A stretch of 64,000 nt of DNA from Eledone cirrhosa (taxonomy: Eukaryota): NCBI GenBank assembly GCA_964016885.1, contig OZ024741.1, positions 252,402,001 through 252,466,000 on the forward strand. The letters are read 5' to 3'. Position numbers and translations under genes: made by a program. Under the pieces are notes generated by a model that did not search any database, had not been told where the DNA came from, and was given only the letters and a program-made list of their open reading frames with translations. How positions within the stretch are numbered: position 1 is the first letter of the stretch; each line of letters begins with the position of its first letter. Positions 39,949 through 54,349 of the stretch are shown here, piece after piece.

Positions 39949-40135
39949 TGTTTCTACTTTAGGCACAAGGCCAGCAATTACCCAGTGCATTACTGCTACT
40001 TTATTTTATCGACCCCGTAAGGATGAAAGGCAAAGTCAACCTCGGCGGGATTTGAACTCTGATCGTAAAGGGACGTAACTATGCTGGAAAGCATGGCGTC
40101 CGACCCTCTACTGATACTGCCAATCCAATGGCCGC
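39949..40135 (-). mobile_element. SINE (Nin/Deu-like central domain), copy 2
   Basis: Close relative of copy 1. Target TAAGAGATATAAAATAAT is duplicated, with stutter copies on the right side. Confidence 0.8.
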
Positions 40136-40440
40136 TGAGATATAAGAGATATAAAAGAGATATAAGAGATATAAAATAATATATGTGAATGTGATATTGT
40201 GTGATAATGTACAGTATGTCTAGATATTACAACATATATTAAGAGAAAGAACATAATAAAGGTGAGAGTGATGATATGTTGTATGTCTGTATTGATACTC
40301 TTCTACGTTAAAAATAATTGTCAATTAAGAAATAAATTAATTTTATATATTAATAAAATTTCAAATTTACCAAATTATCCAGATTTACAAAACATGATTA
40401 TTTCTTATTTAATTTCAAGTGAGATAATATGAAAACTTAC

Positions 40441-40467
40441 CAAAAGTGGGAAATATAAGACATCAAA
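40441..40467 (-). other. Putative 27-nt 5'UTR micro-exon of gene D
   Basis: Same splice sites. Confidence 0.7.
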
Positions 40468-40787
40468 CTGAATGAGAAAACTTTCTTAAGTTGAACATTT
40501 CAAGTCATCCCATTTTCATAACAACAGTTGTCCCCTGTATCCATTAGTAACAGACCTTGTCATCAATATATGGGTCCATTCCATCAAATGTGACGCTAAA
40601 ATATACCAAAATATAACAACAATATTGAATTAAAGTAAAGAAACAAGGATGAAATAGTTTTAACAGAAAAATCTCTCCATCTCTCCCTGTCTCTCTTTCT
40701 CTCTTTCTACACACACACGTACATATATATATATCATTTCATCATCATTTCATATATGTGTATATATATATATATACATACATATAT

Positions 40788-41396
40788 GGTGGTGGCTGCC
40801 AACTCGTTTTCGAGTACGGCCACTACTTTATATCCATGTAGGAGAACCCCTACCGATGCGCTAAAGGAGTGTGACTTTTTAGTCCAGCCAGCGACTTGAA
40901 AACTCTGGTACAAACACTACACTTGTGACAATTATTGACACAGTGCTTGGCCCATGGTACCATGTGACGACAAGAGCAGAGAGATCTCCAGATATAAAGC
41001 AATGTCTGTGCCGTGAAGCTTTTATAGTGAGCAAAGGCACTGCACAAAGCCAGTCCCACTCTCTTAACCAAGATGATATTTACCAAAAAGAAGAACAAGT
41101 CAACATCATTGGATACCATCAGGGTTGCAGGTGTTATATCAGGGTTTTCCTTCTTCTAGAATTCTGCCTTGACAAAGGCTAAGGGGTCATCTCTCCCGGT
41201 GAATTTGGATGGCCATTGACTCTTAAGAGCTCCTTTGCCCTTTGACAGGTTTTGTTTTTAGTCCTGCAGGATGTCCAAAGTCACCCTCCTCACCAAGAAA
41301 CCTTGGTGGGGGTTGCCAGTTTAGTCGCCAACGACCCGACCATGGGACAGGTTGTACTGGGATACATGTTACCAGTAGCAGCAACTGGTGACCTGA
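40788..41396 (-). mobile_element. Short non-autonomous RTE-like element (C2H2-bearing 3' end joined to a probable 5' UTR)
   Basis: GC-richer insert in a (TA)n tract, specific to this unit. Minus strand encodes HKCSVCTRVFKSLAGLKSH, followed by the hairpin GGCCGTACTCGAAAACGAGTTGGCAGCC. No RT sequence. Confidence 0.6.
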
Positions 41397-42838
41397 CATA
41401 CATATATACATACATATGTGTGTGAGTCCCAGGTTCAATTGGGAGTAACCAGAATAAGTAAGGTACTCAATACTCAATGTTTAATATGTTTAATATAGAA
41501 ATGGCTTCTACAGGACTATAATTGTTTCATATATATAAATTTACAAATGTTAAAAGTCAAAATATGTGTATATACAATTTATATATTACACTCTAAACTG
41601 TAAATATAAAAATTCTAGCTAATTCATGGTAACAATGGACATTTAACTCCTAATTAGGTCACAGAGGTGCCATAATGATATACAGCCCATCCCTCCTCAG
41701 CTCTGATTCCTTCCAGAGTAAGAGAGAGAGAGCAAAGGAGTAAGAGATATATATGAAGAATCTATCATAGTACTGGACTTGAATATTATTTAGTGACCTC
41801 AAAAATATAAAAGCTAAAGATGATCTTTGCAGGATTTAAACACAGGGACCAGATATCCATAAGAAATATTGCAAATTATTTTATCCAATACTTCAGCATC
41901 TCTGCCAATTCAGCAGGGATTTAATTCAGAGCCCAGAGAGCCAAGGCAAATAAGACAAAACATTCTATTTGATATTCAAACAGCACTCTGGCATCAGCAC
42001 AATATCTGCTGTTCTGTAATTATAGATTCATTAAGATGTCTTTCTATATTTCTACAATGTTCTGAAAACATCATTTAATAATGACATGATACAATATATA
42101 TAAAATATTACTTTAGAAATATTTCTGCTATATATATATATAATGATAAAATTAAAATGTACTACACTGTACTAGATCATAAATTATGAATAATAAGAAA
42201 ACAATATATAAATCTTGTAAAGACAAAATGGAGATTTACTGTCAGCAATGTTGTTTAGTTATACAAGCTACACCTTCAATTTTAAATACCAAACAATATA
42301 AAGTATGAAGTAAAAGATGTGATGAAAGTTATATCAAAATTGTAAGATAAAAAAAAAGAAATACGAATCAGTTATAATCCATGTTGTAGAGGGAATTGAA
42401 CTTTCAGTAAACAACTCAGACAAGTTGTGTGAACAGATATAATGGCTTTCTATTCATTATATATATAATCTATCTCAAAAATAATGGTATATCCTTCAAT
42501 ATGTCTGATACTATTCTCAATATACAACAATGTTTCTAACAGAAGTTTATCAACATCATCATCATTATTATTATTATTATTATTTCCAGAATGACTAATC
42601 CACACACATATTAGAGAATCAATATCCACTTATATAGACATATATGTTGTTGTCTTTAATAATACTCTTATATATACATTTCAGACAATAAATTTCTTTC
42701 AGAATTTGTTATACAACAATGTCTGACATAGCACAATATCTGCTTCTCTGTAATTATAGATTCATTAAGATGTCTTCCTATATTTAATGATGACATGATA
42801 CAATATATATATAAAATATTACTTTAGAAATATTTCTG

Positions 42839-42873
<35 letters not shown>

Positions 42874-43276
42874 GATAATGTTATTAGAATGTCTATAGAA
42901 AGTATAGACGTGAAATAATATCATTTAGCAAAAATGGAGTAAAGGCAGGATGTTGTGAAGACAAAATGGAGATTTACTGTCAGAAATGTTGTTTAGCTAG
43001 ACAAGCTACACACATAACAATAGCATAAAATAAAATAATATTTATTAACTGCATTAATATATCAGAAGACTATTTCTAACACTGAACTGAGAAAAATGTA
43101 ATAATAAGTTAGTATTTTATAATAATATGTATGTTATATGTGGAACAGCAGTTGGTGGTATTTCTCAGTGATAGAAATAGTCTTTTATAAATCTCTTTTA
43201 ATAATTTCTTACATGTTATATTTTCACACATTATATTAAAGATGAAATCTGTGAATAAAACAAGATGTACACTTAC

Positions 43277-43589
43277 CTCCATTGTCTCATCCATAATCTA
43301 TGTCTGTGTATGATACTCTGTGTTAGTGTGTCTGTGGTAGTAGTAGAGAGAGGGATCACAAGATATAACTACTACTGCTGCTGTTGTAATTGCTACTGTT
43401 GTATTGTTGCTGTTGGAATTGTTGTTGTTATTGCTGCTGCTGTTGTTGCTGTTCTTTCTGCTGCTGTTGTTACTGTTGTTGTTTTTGTTATTACTGCTGC
43501 TGTTTCCCTGCTGCAGCAGTCTACTACACACACACAATATTACTACACATATTCTACAGTATACTCCAATGATGTGTCATAAGAGAGCT
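43277..43589 (-). other. Putative leader exon 1 of gene D
   Basis: Donor at 43277/43276. Confidence 0.55.
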
Positions 43590-43744
43590 GTATAGTCTGT
43601 GTAGTGTATAGTCTATATATGAGTTCTAGTTTTATCATGTACAGTGTAACAATGGTGTGTAGTATATATTTTTATATGTGGAATTTAAATATATTGGGTG
43701 TTGTACAAATATATGATGTTTTGAATTACATGGAATATCACATG

Positions 43745-43823
43745 GAATATACATATATACATATATTCATACTTACATATGTATGTAAATTTATCCATAT
43801 ATGTGTGTATGCATGCATATATA

Positions 43824-43885
<62 letters not shown>

Positions 43886-44060
43886 CACATATATAGATAC
43901 AGACACACGCACACATATATGTATATATATATATACACACACACATATATACACATACATATATACATATACATATATATATATATATATATATACACAT
44001 ATGCACACAAATATGTATGCGTGTGTGTGCGCATGTGTCTATTTGTGTGTAAATGTATCT
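43745..44060. repeat. Long compound (TA)/(CA)/(TG) microsatellite; similar tracts occur throughout the window
   Basis: Read directly from the sequence. It is the source of the Y/I-rich spurious ORFs. Confidence 0.95.
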
Positions 44061-44183
44061 ATAGTATATGTCTGTGAAAATGTCTTCATGGAATAGTCCA
44101 GATAGTTAAGAACCTGACAATATTCCACTGTCTCACCCCCACCCCCCTCTCACAATGTCTGTTTGTCTGGTGGAAATATGGTT

Positions 44184-44207
44184 TTATTTTTTAATTCTTG
44201 TTGGTAA
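44184..44207 (-). CDS. Putative terminal coding exon of gene E (LPTRIKK*)
   Basis: Acceptor GTTGTTTTCTCTGTTCCAG| retained although the preceding intron is of a different type from A-D. Confidence 0.6.
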   Translation of the reverse strand, partial: LPTRIKK

Positions 44208-45489
44208 CTGGAACAGAGAAAACAACATATAGAAGTTGACAAAATATTACATTACAGACACATCAAACATATGTCTGATCAATGTCTGAGGGAATATGAT
44301 AGACAATATTTTTGACCAATGAATGACAAACATAAAATATTTGGTCTATGTATGACAGGCAATATATCTGATCAATGTGTAACAATGAAAATATCTGGCC
44401 AATATATGATTTTCATATCTCACCAATATATATGAAAGAAAATATGTTTGACCAATGTATGACAGACAATATGTTTGACTAAATTATGAATTATAACATA
44501 TCTGATAAATGAATGACAGATAATAACCAACGTATGACATATCTAAGTTAGAATACTAAATGGTGAGGATCTACATAATTTTGTCAAATATTTCAGATCA
44601 TTGAATATATTATAATGAGGATTATGGGACTGTTCAGGAAAAATCATCAAAACTTAAAATTATCTCTGACTTTTACAATCCCCATTATTTTTTCCTAAAC
44701 AATATGAACATCTCTATATTCATCAGATCATCAAAATATTGCTTAATCATGGTAACACACCTTAGAATGTCCGACAGGACAATAAACTTTGAACATTCTC
44801 AGGTAGTGCCAGATAGCTGCAGATTTGTCAATGAGCGCAACTCATTTCTGACTCGTCTGGATATGAGCCTATCCCAATCTCCTCTGTTAGTATTGCCTGC
44901 TACATATACCAAGGAAAATGTCTTCCACTTGACCTCCACTACAGAAATAGTCTTACACACCATCTTCACAAGAAATGTGTTAGGAAATACCTATACAGTC
45001 CAGTCTATCTACATATTTTTCCAGGAATATTATTTCAGTACATCTTCCCTAGAAAGTTGATAAAAATAAACCATTCAGTCCAGTCTAACTACAGACTTTT
45101 CCAGAAATAGTTTTGCACCCTATCTTCACTATAACTATTTTCTGAATCAATCTTCCACTCCATTTCCACAAGAAATAGTCTAACACTAGAAATATTTTAA
45201 GAATTATTCTTTCACTCTCATTCGTGACAAATATTTTTTTAAATAGCCTTAAACCCAAATGAAAGACACAGAAATAAAACAATGAAGATTTTTACATAAC
45301 TAGGGTCTCACATTACCTTTTGAACTTTAATTAGTGGTATTGGGAGGTGGTGGGAATGAAGATGATGATGATGACGTGGAGCAGGAGGAAGAGACATTTA
45401 AAACAGGGGAAAATGGTGATTATGAATGAATATATTTAGTGGTGATATATAAAAGTTGATGGATATATAATATTTGAAATATAACTTAC

Positions 45490-47922
45490 CAATATTGTAT
45501 TTGGTGGACTCTTCTCCAACGTCCCTGTGTCTATCCATTCACTCTGGGATTCATACTGGGGGTAAAAATCTCCCTGACATTCTATATACTGGATGTTTCT
45601 ATAATTCAAATCTGTAGAATACCTCACTGGGGTACCAGGAACACTGCTGTTGCTGCTCTGACATGGTAAAGGTTGATCAATTCTGTTACATATAGCTGAC
45701 CGATCAACACCTCTCCTAGTGGCCTTTGTAGATTGAGACTGACCACTGCTACATTTAAAAATACACAGTGTGATGGACACTACAATGACCACAGCCACTA
45801 TTACAGCTGCTACTATAATTATAATTAATATGGGTATATCAAATATTTTGTTCTTCTCTAGCTGGACAGTGGTCATCTGTGGTGATGATGTCTTGTTAGT
45901 GACCTTTAATGATAAAGACACAGTAGTTGTGGCTGACATCACTGGGGTACCAGAATCCTTGACCACAAGTACCAGTTGATATGAGCCAGCTTCATTAAGA
46001 TGAGGTGGACGTGAGAAAGACATTTGACCAGTAAAAGAGTTCAGTGTAAACAACTGTTTATTATTACCATCAAGTATTCCATATTTGAGGAAGGCATTTA
46101 AATGGCTGTCTCTATCAGTGGCTTTAATCACAGTGATGGCATTGGTACTTTGTGGATGGTAGTGGACATTAATATGGAATGGGTCAGTTGTAGGGTAGAT
46201 AAAATATGGACTATTGTCATTTCTGTCTAAAACCTCAATAACAACATTGGCTGTATTATTCAATGATGGTTGACCATTGTCTTTGACAAATATTACAAAT
46301 TTATACATGTCTTCTTCTTCTCTATCTAATGGTATGTTGCTGGTAATAAAACCATAGTCACTCACCTTAAATGGTATATTATTTCTGTCTTTACTTAATA
46401 CTGAGTAAGTTAGTTGACCAGCACTTCCTAGGTCTGGGTCAGTGGCATTAATAAAACCTATAGGAAAGTTAGCTTTACCATTCTCATAAGTAAGGAAGTG
46501 GAATTTATCTTTGGTAAATTGTGGTTTCACATCATTCACATCCATTACTTCAATAGAAATCTTTCTCTCTGCCTTTAAAGGAGGACTTCCATTGTCTTCA
46601 CATACGAGTTTCATGCTAAAATGGTCCGATGTTTCTCTGTCAAGTGATTTCTTCAAAGTAATTTTATATTCCTTAGATTCTAAATGTGAGAGTACAACTT
46701 GATCATGTTTTAAATTACAAGTCACCTCTCCATTCTCCCCTACATCATTGTCCACTACATTGACATAAGCTATATAACTGCCCACTTCAGTTCCTTCATA
46801 AATTGATGCTGTATCCTTCTTTGGTTCAGACACAAAATTTATTCCAATTTTAGGAGCATGGTTCTCTTCATTAATGATATTAACCCGAACAATGGCAAAG
46901 GAATTTAATGGAGGATTCCCTCCATCTTTGGCTTCTACATACAACTTGAGAATATTCTTTTTTTGTGATGTAAAATGTTTTTTTACAAATAATTCTCCTG
47001 TTTGATGGTTTATTTTAAAGTAACTACCAGTGCGCCCTGGAGTTTTTGAACTGATATAGTAAGTAACTTGACCATTCTGTCCAGAATCTGGATCTTTGGC
47101 TGACAATGTCCCAATAGGAATATCATTAGCCTGTGTATTTTTGATGGAAATATTGTAAATATGCTTTGAAAAAACTGGTGAGTTATCATTAACATCAATT
47201 ATTGTTATATGAACAGGTAAAATTCCTTGTTTTGGAGGTTGTCCTCCATCTTTAGCTATCACTTCTAGATTATAACTATCTTTTAGTTCCCTGTCTAGTT
47301 TGTCTCCCAGAACAATTCCTATTTTAGCTCCACCTGTGATAGTTTTCCTAACAGATAATATAAATGGTTCATTGAATTTTTTCTTCAATTTATATGTAAC
47401 TTCAGAGTTCTCCATTCCAATATCTTTATCAATGGCATCTGGTATTAATCTTTCTGCTCCTTCACTATCACGCTCATAAAATGTGATATTCATTTTTTTC
47501 TGTGGAAACTCTGGGCTGTGATCATTGATGTCTTCTATAATGACTTTAACTTTTATAATTTTCAGAAATGTCTTCCTTTTATGTACAGCAACTTTGATGT
47601 ATCTAAAACAATCTGACTCATATGTACACAGTTCCTCAGCATCAAGTGTTTGTGTAGTGTACAGTTTACCATCTTTTGTGACATTAAATAAGTGTGACTC
47701 TTCTGTCCATTGCTGTTGCATTTGGTTATATGTGATGAAGTTATTTTCTACAAGCGAGGCACTATTCTCCATCTGTGTGTCAGCAGCAATATCCCCAACA
47801 AATGTAAAGGGACTACTTTCTTCTTCTACATGGTAGCTCAGATCAACACAGACACAACTGTGTAGTAATAGACTGAGGATATTGACAAGTAAGTATGTAT
47901 TCCACACACAGTCTACTTCCAT
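45490..47922 (-). CDS. Protocadherin E, large coding exon (811 codons)
   Basis: Intact paralog. Exon starts at 47955. Donor at 45490/45489. Confidence 0.96.
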
Positions 47923-49393
47923 CACAGAATATTAAATCATATCTTCTGTTTTTATCTGAAATTACAGGAAAAAAATTATGTTTTCTTTTGAGATTATAGT
48001 AACAAGCCCTTGTTAAAATTCATTAAAAAATGCTAAGTAAAAATTTAACCGTAGTATAATATATGTAATAATGCTTAATATAGATCTAATATAGACCTAA
48101 GAAAGATCATCTGAAATATTAATGGTAGATAAACCATGCTAACAAGACTCAAGCAGGTGTGAAACTTAAATGCACAATGTGTGGTATGGCATCTAAGTCA
48201 CATCCTGGTTTGATATGCCATCTAAGGCGGCATCAGCAGCTGCAACTCCAATAACATAATTTTGGAATTGACTATATGAGCCATACTCAGACATGAGTAG
48301 GCTCTCCACTCTGTATGTCTGTATATATGTATGTAATCATGTATGGAATTACAGTTAAGGGGGGGGGGGGGGGCGATCTGCTTGACATGATTGAAAGAAT
48401 ATAGTCTGTCATGACAAAGAACTTCATGCACAAACTGAAAGTAGTTGAGAATATACTGTATAACACCATTTTTCTGTGATGAAAACGTTCATAAATTATT
48501 AGTCAATGTTTACTGTATATGTGTGTATGGGTAAGTATATAATTTTGTGAAGGTATATAAGATGAATACATCTTGTGATAGGTAATTTAGAGGATACAAT
48601 TTATATGATAAATGGAATACTTCAAGCATTTGTAGTGGATTAGTTGTTTTTTTTAAAATAAAATATATATATGAACTTCGATCTTTTCTTTTTCAATATA
48701 TTCATATCCGGTAAATTCATGGGAGATAACTATATGTATAGTGTGTAGATATTCTAATTATCTCCCTTAATCTACGTAGCTTGCTAATCTATCATCTTTT
48801 ATATACATTCGCCAGAAATTGTGGGTTGTAATAATGAATTTAACACTATAAATAAACCTTGGCTGTTTAAAGATAAATAATGAAACAGTTTCAGATTTCC
48901 ATTTTTAACTCAGATTCAAAGAAACGAAGATGAATACTAAATAACGATGTAAGTGTGTGTGGTATTGTGTGATAAATTACAGTATGTCTGGTATTACATC
49001 ATATATTAAGAGAAAGAACATCTCTTAATGTGATATTGTGAGTACAGTATGTCTGGATATCACAACATATGTTAAGAGATGCTACATAATATATATCAAT
49101 ATGATATTGTTATAGGTACTGTATGTCTGGATATCACATTATATATCAAGAGATGTAACATAGTATATGTCAATGTGATATTTTGTTATAATGTATAGTA
49201 TATCTAGATATCACAACATATATTAAAGGAAAGAACATAATATATGTGAGAGTGCCGATATGTTGTTGGTCTGTATTGATACTCTTCTACATTAAGTTAT
49301 AATCATTTAATCTGGCATTTAAGAAATTAATTAATTTTATATATTAATAAAATTTCAAATTTTAAAAGTTATCCAGATGATATGAAAACTTAC

Positions 49394-49421
49394 CAAAAGT
49401 GGGAAATATAAGACATCCAAA
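49394..49421 (-). other. Putative 28-nt 5'UTR micro-exon of gene E
   Basis: Same splice sites. An adjacent intronic deletion stops just short of the donor. Confidence 0.7.
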
Positions 49422-51361
49422 CTGAATGAGAAAACTTTTTTAAGTTGAACATTTCAAGTCATCTTATTTTGATAACAACAGAAGAATCTATCAGTTGTCC
49501 CCTGTATACAATAGTAATAGACCTTCCATCAAATGTGACCCTAAAATATACAAAAATATAACAACAATATTGAATTAGAGTAAAGAAAAGAGAATGAAAT
49601 AGCTTTTACAGGAATATCTCTCCATCTCTCCCCCTCTCTCTCTCTCTCTCTTTATATATATATATATATACACATATATATATATATACATATGTGTGTG
49701 AGTCCCAGGTTCAATTGGGAGTAACCAGAATAAGTAAGGTACTCAATACTCAATGTTTAATATGTTTAAGATAGAAATGCCTTCTACAGGACTATAACTG
49801 TTTCATATATACAAATTTACAAATGTTAAAAGTCAAAATATGTGTATATATAATTTATATATTACACTCTAAACTGTAAATATAAAAATTCTAGCTAATT
49901 CATGGTAACAATGGACATTTAACTCCTAATTAGGTCACAGAGGTGCCATAATGATATACAGCCCATCCCTCCACAGCTCTGATTTCTTCCAGAGTAAGAG
50001 AGAGAGAGAAAAGGAGTAAGAGATATATATATGAAGAATCTATCATAGTACTGGACTTTAATATTATTTAGTGACCTCAAAAGTATAAAAGCTAAAGATG
50101 ATCTTTGCAGGATTTGAACACAGGGACGAGATATCCATAAGAAATATTACAAGTTATTCTATCCAATACTTCAGCATCTCTGCCAATTCAGCAGGGATTT
50201 AATTCAGAGCCCAGAGAGCCAAGACAAATAAGACAAAATATTCTATTTGATATTCAAACAGCACTGCTATGTATTTCCCTAAAACTAAAATGTACTATAC
50301 TGTACTAGATCATAAATTATGAATAATGAGAAATCAATATATATATCTTGTAAAGACAAAATGGAGATTTACTGTCAGCAATGTTGTTTAGTTATACAAG
50401 CTACACATACAATTTTAACTACCAAACAATATAAAGTATGAAGTAAAAGATGTGATGAAAGTTATATCAAAATTGTAAGCTCAATGTCGTTCCACAATCA
50501 TCAGAGAAAAACAAAAAATACGAATCAGTTATAATCCATGTTGTAGAGGGAATTGAACTTTCAGTAAACAACTCAGACAAGTTGTGTGAACAGATATAAT
50601 GGCTTTCTATGCATTATATATATAATCCATCTAAAAAATAACGGTATATCCTTCAATATGCTAGAATTCTCAATAAACAACAATGTTTCTAACAGAAATT
50701 TATCAATATCATCATTATTATTGTTATCATTATTATTATTTTCAAAATGACTAATCCACATACATATTAGAGAATCAATATCCACTGACAGACATATATG
50801 TTGTCTTTAATAATACTCTTATATATACATTTCAGACCATAAATTTCTCTCAGACTTTGTCATACAACAATGTCTGACATCAGCACGATATCTGCTGCTC
50901 TGTAATTATAGATTCATTAAGATGTCTTCCTATATTTTGTTAAGATATTTATACAATGTTCTGAAAACATCATTTAATGATGACATGATACAATATATAT
51001 ATAAAATATTACTTTAGAAATATTTCTGCTATATATATATATATATATGCTGCTATATATATATGCTAGTGGAAAGTGGACATTAAACGAGGATGATGAT
51101 GATGGATGATAATATATATATAATGATAATGTGATTGAATTGCCTATAGAAACTTTAGAAGTAAAATAATATAATTTAGCAAACATCGAGTAAAGGCAAG
51201 ATGTTGTGAAGACAAAATGGAGATTTATCATCAGAAATGTTGTTTATGGAGAGAAGCTACACACATAATTTTAACTAATGTTATATTTTCACACATTATA
51301 TCAAATTTTCACACATTATATCAAATATGAAATATGTGAATAAAACAAGATGTATACTTAC

Positions 51362-51846
51362 CTCCATTGTCTCATCCATAATCTATGTCTGTGTATGATA
51401 CTCTGTGTTAGTGTGTGGTAGAGTGTGATAGTGTCTCTATGGTAGTAGTAGAGAGAGGGATCACAAGATGTAACTACTACTACTACTGTTGTTACTGCTA
51501 TTGTCGTTATTGTTGCTGTTGGTATTGTTGTTGTTATTGCTGCTGTTGTTACTGATTCAGTTGTTACTGCTGCTGTTATTGCTGCTGCTGTTGTTTTTCT
51601 GCTGCTCTTATTATTATTAATGTTGTTATTGCTACTATTGTTACTGCTGCTGTTGTTACAGATACTGTTGTTGCCGCTGTTGTTACAGATACTGTTGTTT
51701 CTGCTGCTGTTATTATTGCTGTGTTGTTACTGTTGTTGTTATTGTTATTACTACTGCTGTTTCCCTGCTGCAGCAGTCTACTACACACACACAATATTAC
51801 TACACATATTCTACAGTATACTCCAATGATGTGTCATAAGAGAGAT
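51362..51846 (-). other. Putative leader exon 1 of gene E
   Basis: Donor at 51362/51361. Confidence 0.55.
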
Positions 51847-52008
51847 GTATAGTCTGTGTAGTGTATAGTCTATATATGAGTTCTAGTTTTATCATGTACA
51901 GTGTAACAATGGTGTGTAGTATATATTTATATGTGGAATTTAGATATATTTTGTGTTGTACAAATATATGATGTTTTGAATTACATGGAATATCACTCCA
52001 TGTTATGT

Positions 52009-52051
<43 letters not shown>

Positions 52052-52524
52052 AAATTTAAGCCCATATGTGTGTACGTATGCATATATATATATATGTGTG
52101 TATGTATATACATATATAGATACACACACACATATACATATACATCAATATATGTATATATATATATATGCATAATTTCACATATATATGCATACATTTA
52201 CATGCATAGAGAAATATATACATATATATCATCATCATCATCATCTTCGTTTAACGTCTATTTTCCATGCTAGCATGGGTTATATATATATATACATATT
52301 CACACTCAAACATATACGTATATACATACACATGCATATAAATATATATGTGTGTGTGTGTGTGTGCATGTGTCTATTTGTGTGTATATGTATCTATAGT
52401 ATATGTCTGTGAAAATGTCTTCATGGAATAGTACAGATAGTTAAGAACCTGACACAATATTCCACAGTCTCACCCCGGCCCCTCTCTCTGTCACAATGTC
52501 TGTTTGTCTGGTGGAAATGTGGTT

Positions 52525-52548
52525 TCATTTTTTAATTCTTGTTGGTAA
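52525..52548 (-). CDS. Putative terminal exon of gene F, distal copy (LPTRIKK*TGA)
   Basis: Acceptor GTTGTTTTCCCTGTTCCAG|. The stop changed TAA>TGA and is still a stop. Confidence 0.5.
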   Translation of the reverse strand, partial: LPTRIKK

Positions 52549-52728
52549 CTGGAACAGGGAAAACAACATATAGAAGTTGACAAAATATTACATTTCAGAC
52601 ACATCAAACATATGACTAACCAATGTAATATGTCTGAAGGAATATGATAGACAATATGTCTGACAAATATATGAGAGACAGTCTTGAATATACTATATAT
52701 GACAAACACTATAACTAGAGATATGGCT

Positions 52729-52752
52729 TTATTTTTTAACTCTTGTTGGTAA
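52729..52752 (-). CDS. Putative terminal exon of gene F, proximal copy (LPTRVKK*TAA)
   Basis: Acceptor GTTGTTTTCTCTGTTCTAG|. Confidence 0.5.
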   Translation of the reverse strand, partial: LPTRVKK

Positions 52753-54349
52753 CTAGAACAGAGAAAACAACATATATATATCAAGAAATCGTTGAATAAA
52801 ACATTTTATGTGTAACTGGTTGGGAGGACTCCTCAGTCATTTGATGGGATATCTTGTATTTGTGCTATAGAGAAAGCACCCAGAACAATCTGGAAGTTGT
52901 TTAGTGATAGGAAGGGCATCAGCTATTAAAAGCCATGGTATAAATATTTTAGAAGAAAACATCTGTTCTGTCATGTGTATGGCAACATCTTTAGCATTGG
53001 TGACATGATAAAATACACCCAGTACACTCTGTAAAATGGTTTGTTATGGGAAGGGTATCCAGCCATAATAATCTTATCAAGCCAATGATCAAGAGGTCTC
53101 CTCAGTTGTGCCAAAGACATAACGTGTATGATCATGATGAATGTATGACAGATAATATGTCTGAGCAATGAATGACAAACATAAAATATTTGGTCAATGT
53201 AGGAGAGGCAATATATCTGATCAATGTGTAACAATGAAAATATCTGGCCAATATATGATTTTCATATCTCACCAATATATATGAAAGAAAATATGTTTGT
53301 CCAATGTATGACAGACATATGTTTGACTAAATTATGAATTATAACATATCTGATAAATGAATGACAGATAATAACCAACGTATGACATATCTAAATTAGA
53401 ATACTAAACAGTGACGACCTACATATTTTTGTCAAATATTTGAGATCATTTAATATATTATAATGAGGATTATGGGACTGTTCAGGAAAATCATCAAAAC
53501 TTAAAGTTATCTCTGACTTTTACAATCCCCATTATTTCTTCCTAAACAATATGAACATCTCTATATTCATCAGATCATCAAAATATTGCTTAATCATGGT
53601 AACACACCTTAGAATGTCTGACAGCTCAAAGCAATTGGTAGATCAAAGCAATTGATTGGTCAGATTCTGCCAGTTAGCTGCAGACTTGTCAATGAGCGCA
53701 ACTCATTTCTGACTCATCTGGATATGAGCCTATCCCAATCTCCTCTGTTAGTATTGCCTGCTACATATACCAAGGAAAATGTCTTCCACTTGACCTCCAT
53801 TACAGAAATAGTCTTACACTCCATCTTCACAAGAAATGTGTTAAGAAATACCTATACAGTCCAGTCTATCTACATATTTTTCCAGAAATATTATTACAGT
53901 ACATCTTCCCTAGAAAGTTGATAAAAATAAACCATTCAGTCCAGTCTAACTACAGATTTTTCCAGAAATAGTTTTGCACCCTAACTTCACTATAACTATT
54001 TTCTAAATCAATCTTCCACTCCATTTCCACAAGAAATAATCCAACACTAGAAATATTTTAAGAATTATTCTTTCACTCTCATTCGCGACAAATATTTGTA
54101 AAATAGCTTTAAACCCAAATGAAAGACACGGAAATAAAACAATGAAGGTTGTTACCTAATTAGTGTCTCACAACACCTTATGAACTTTAATTAGTGGTAT
54201 TGGGAGGTGGTGGGAATGAAGATGATGATGATGAGGTGGAGCAGGAAGAAGAGACATTTAAAACAGGGGAAAATGGTGATTATGAATGAATATATTTAGT
54301 GGTGATATATAAAAGTTGATGGATATATAATATATGAAATATAACTTAC

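Noticed and set aside
43604-44096. YIYIYI-type ORFs here and elsewhere
   Set aside because: Translations of (TA)n/(CA)n microsatellites.
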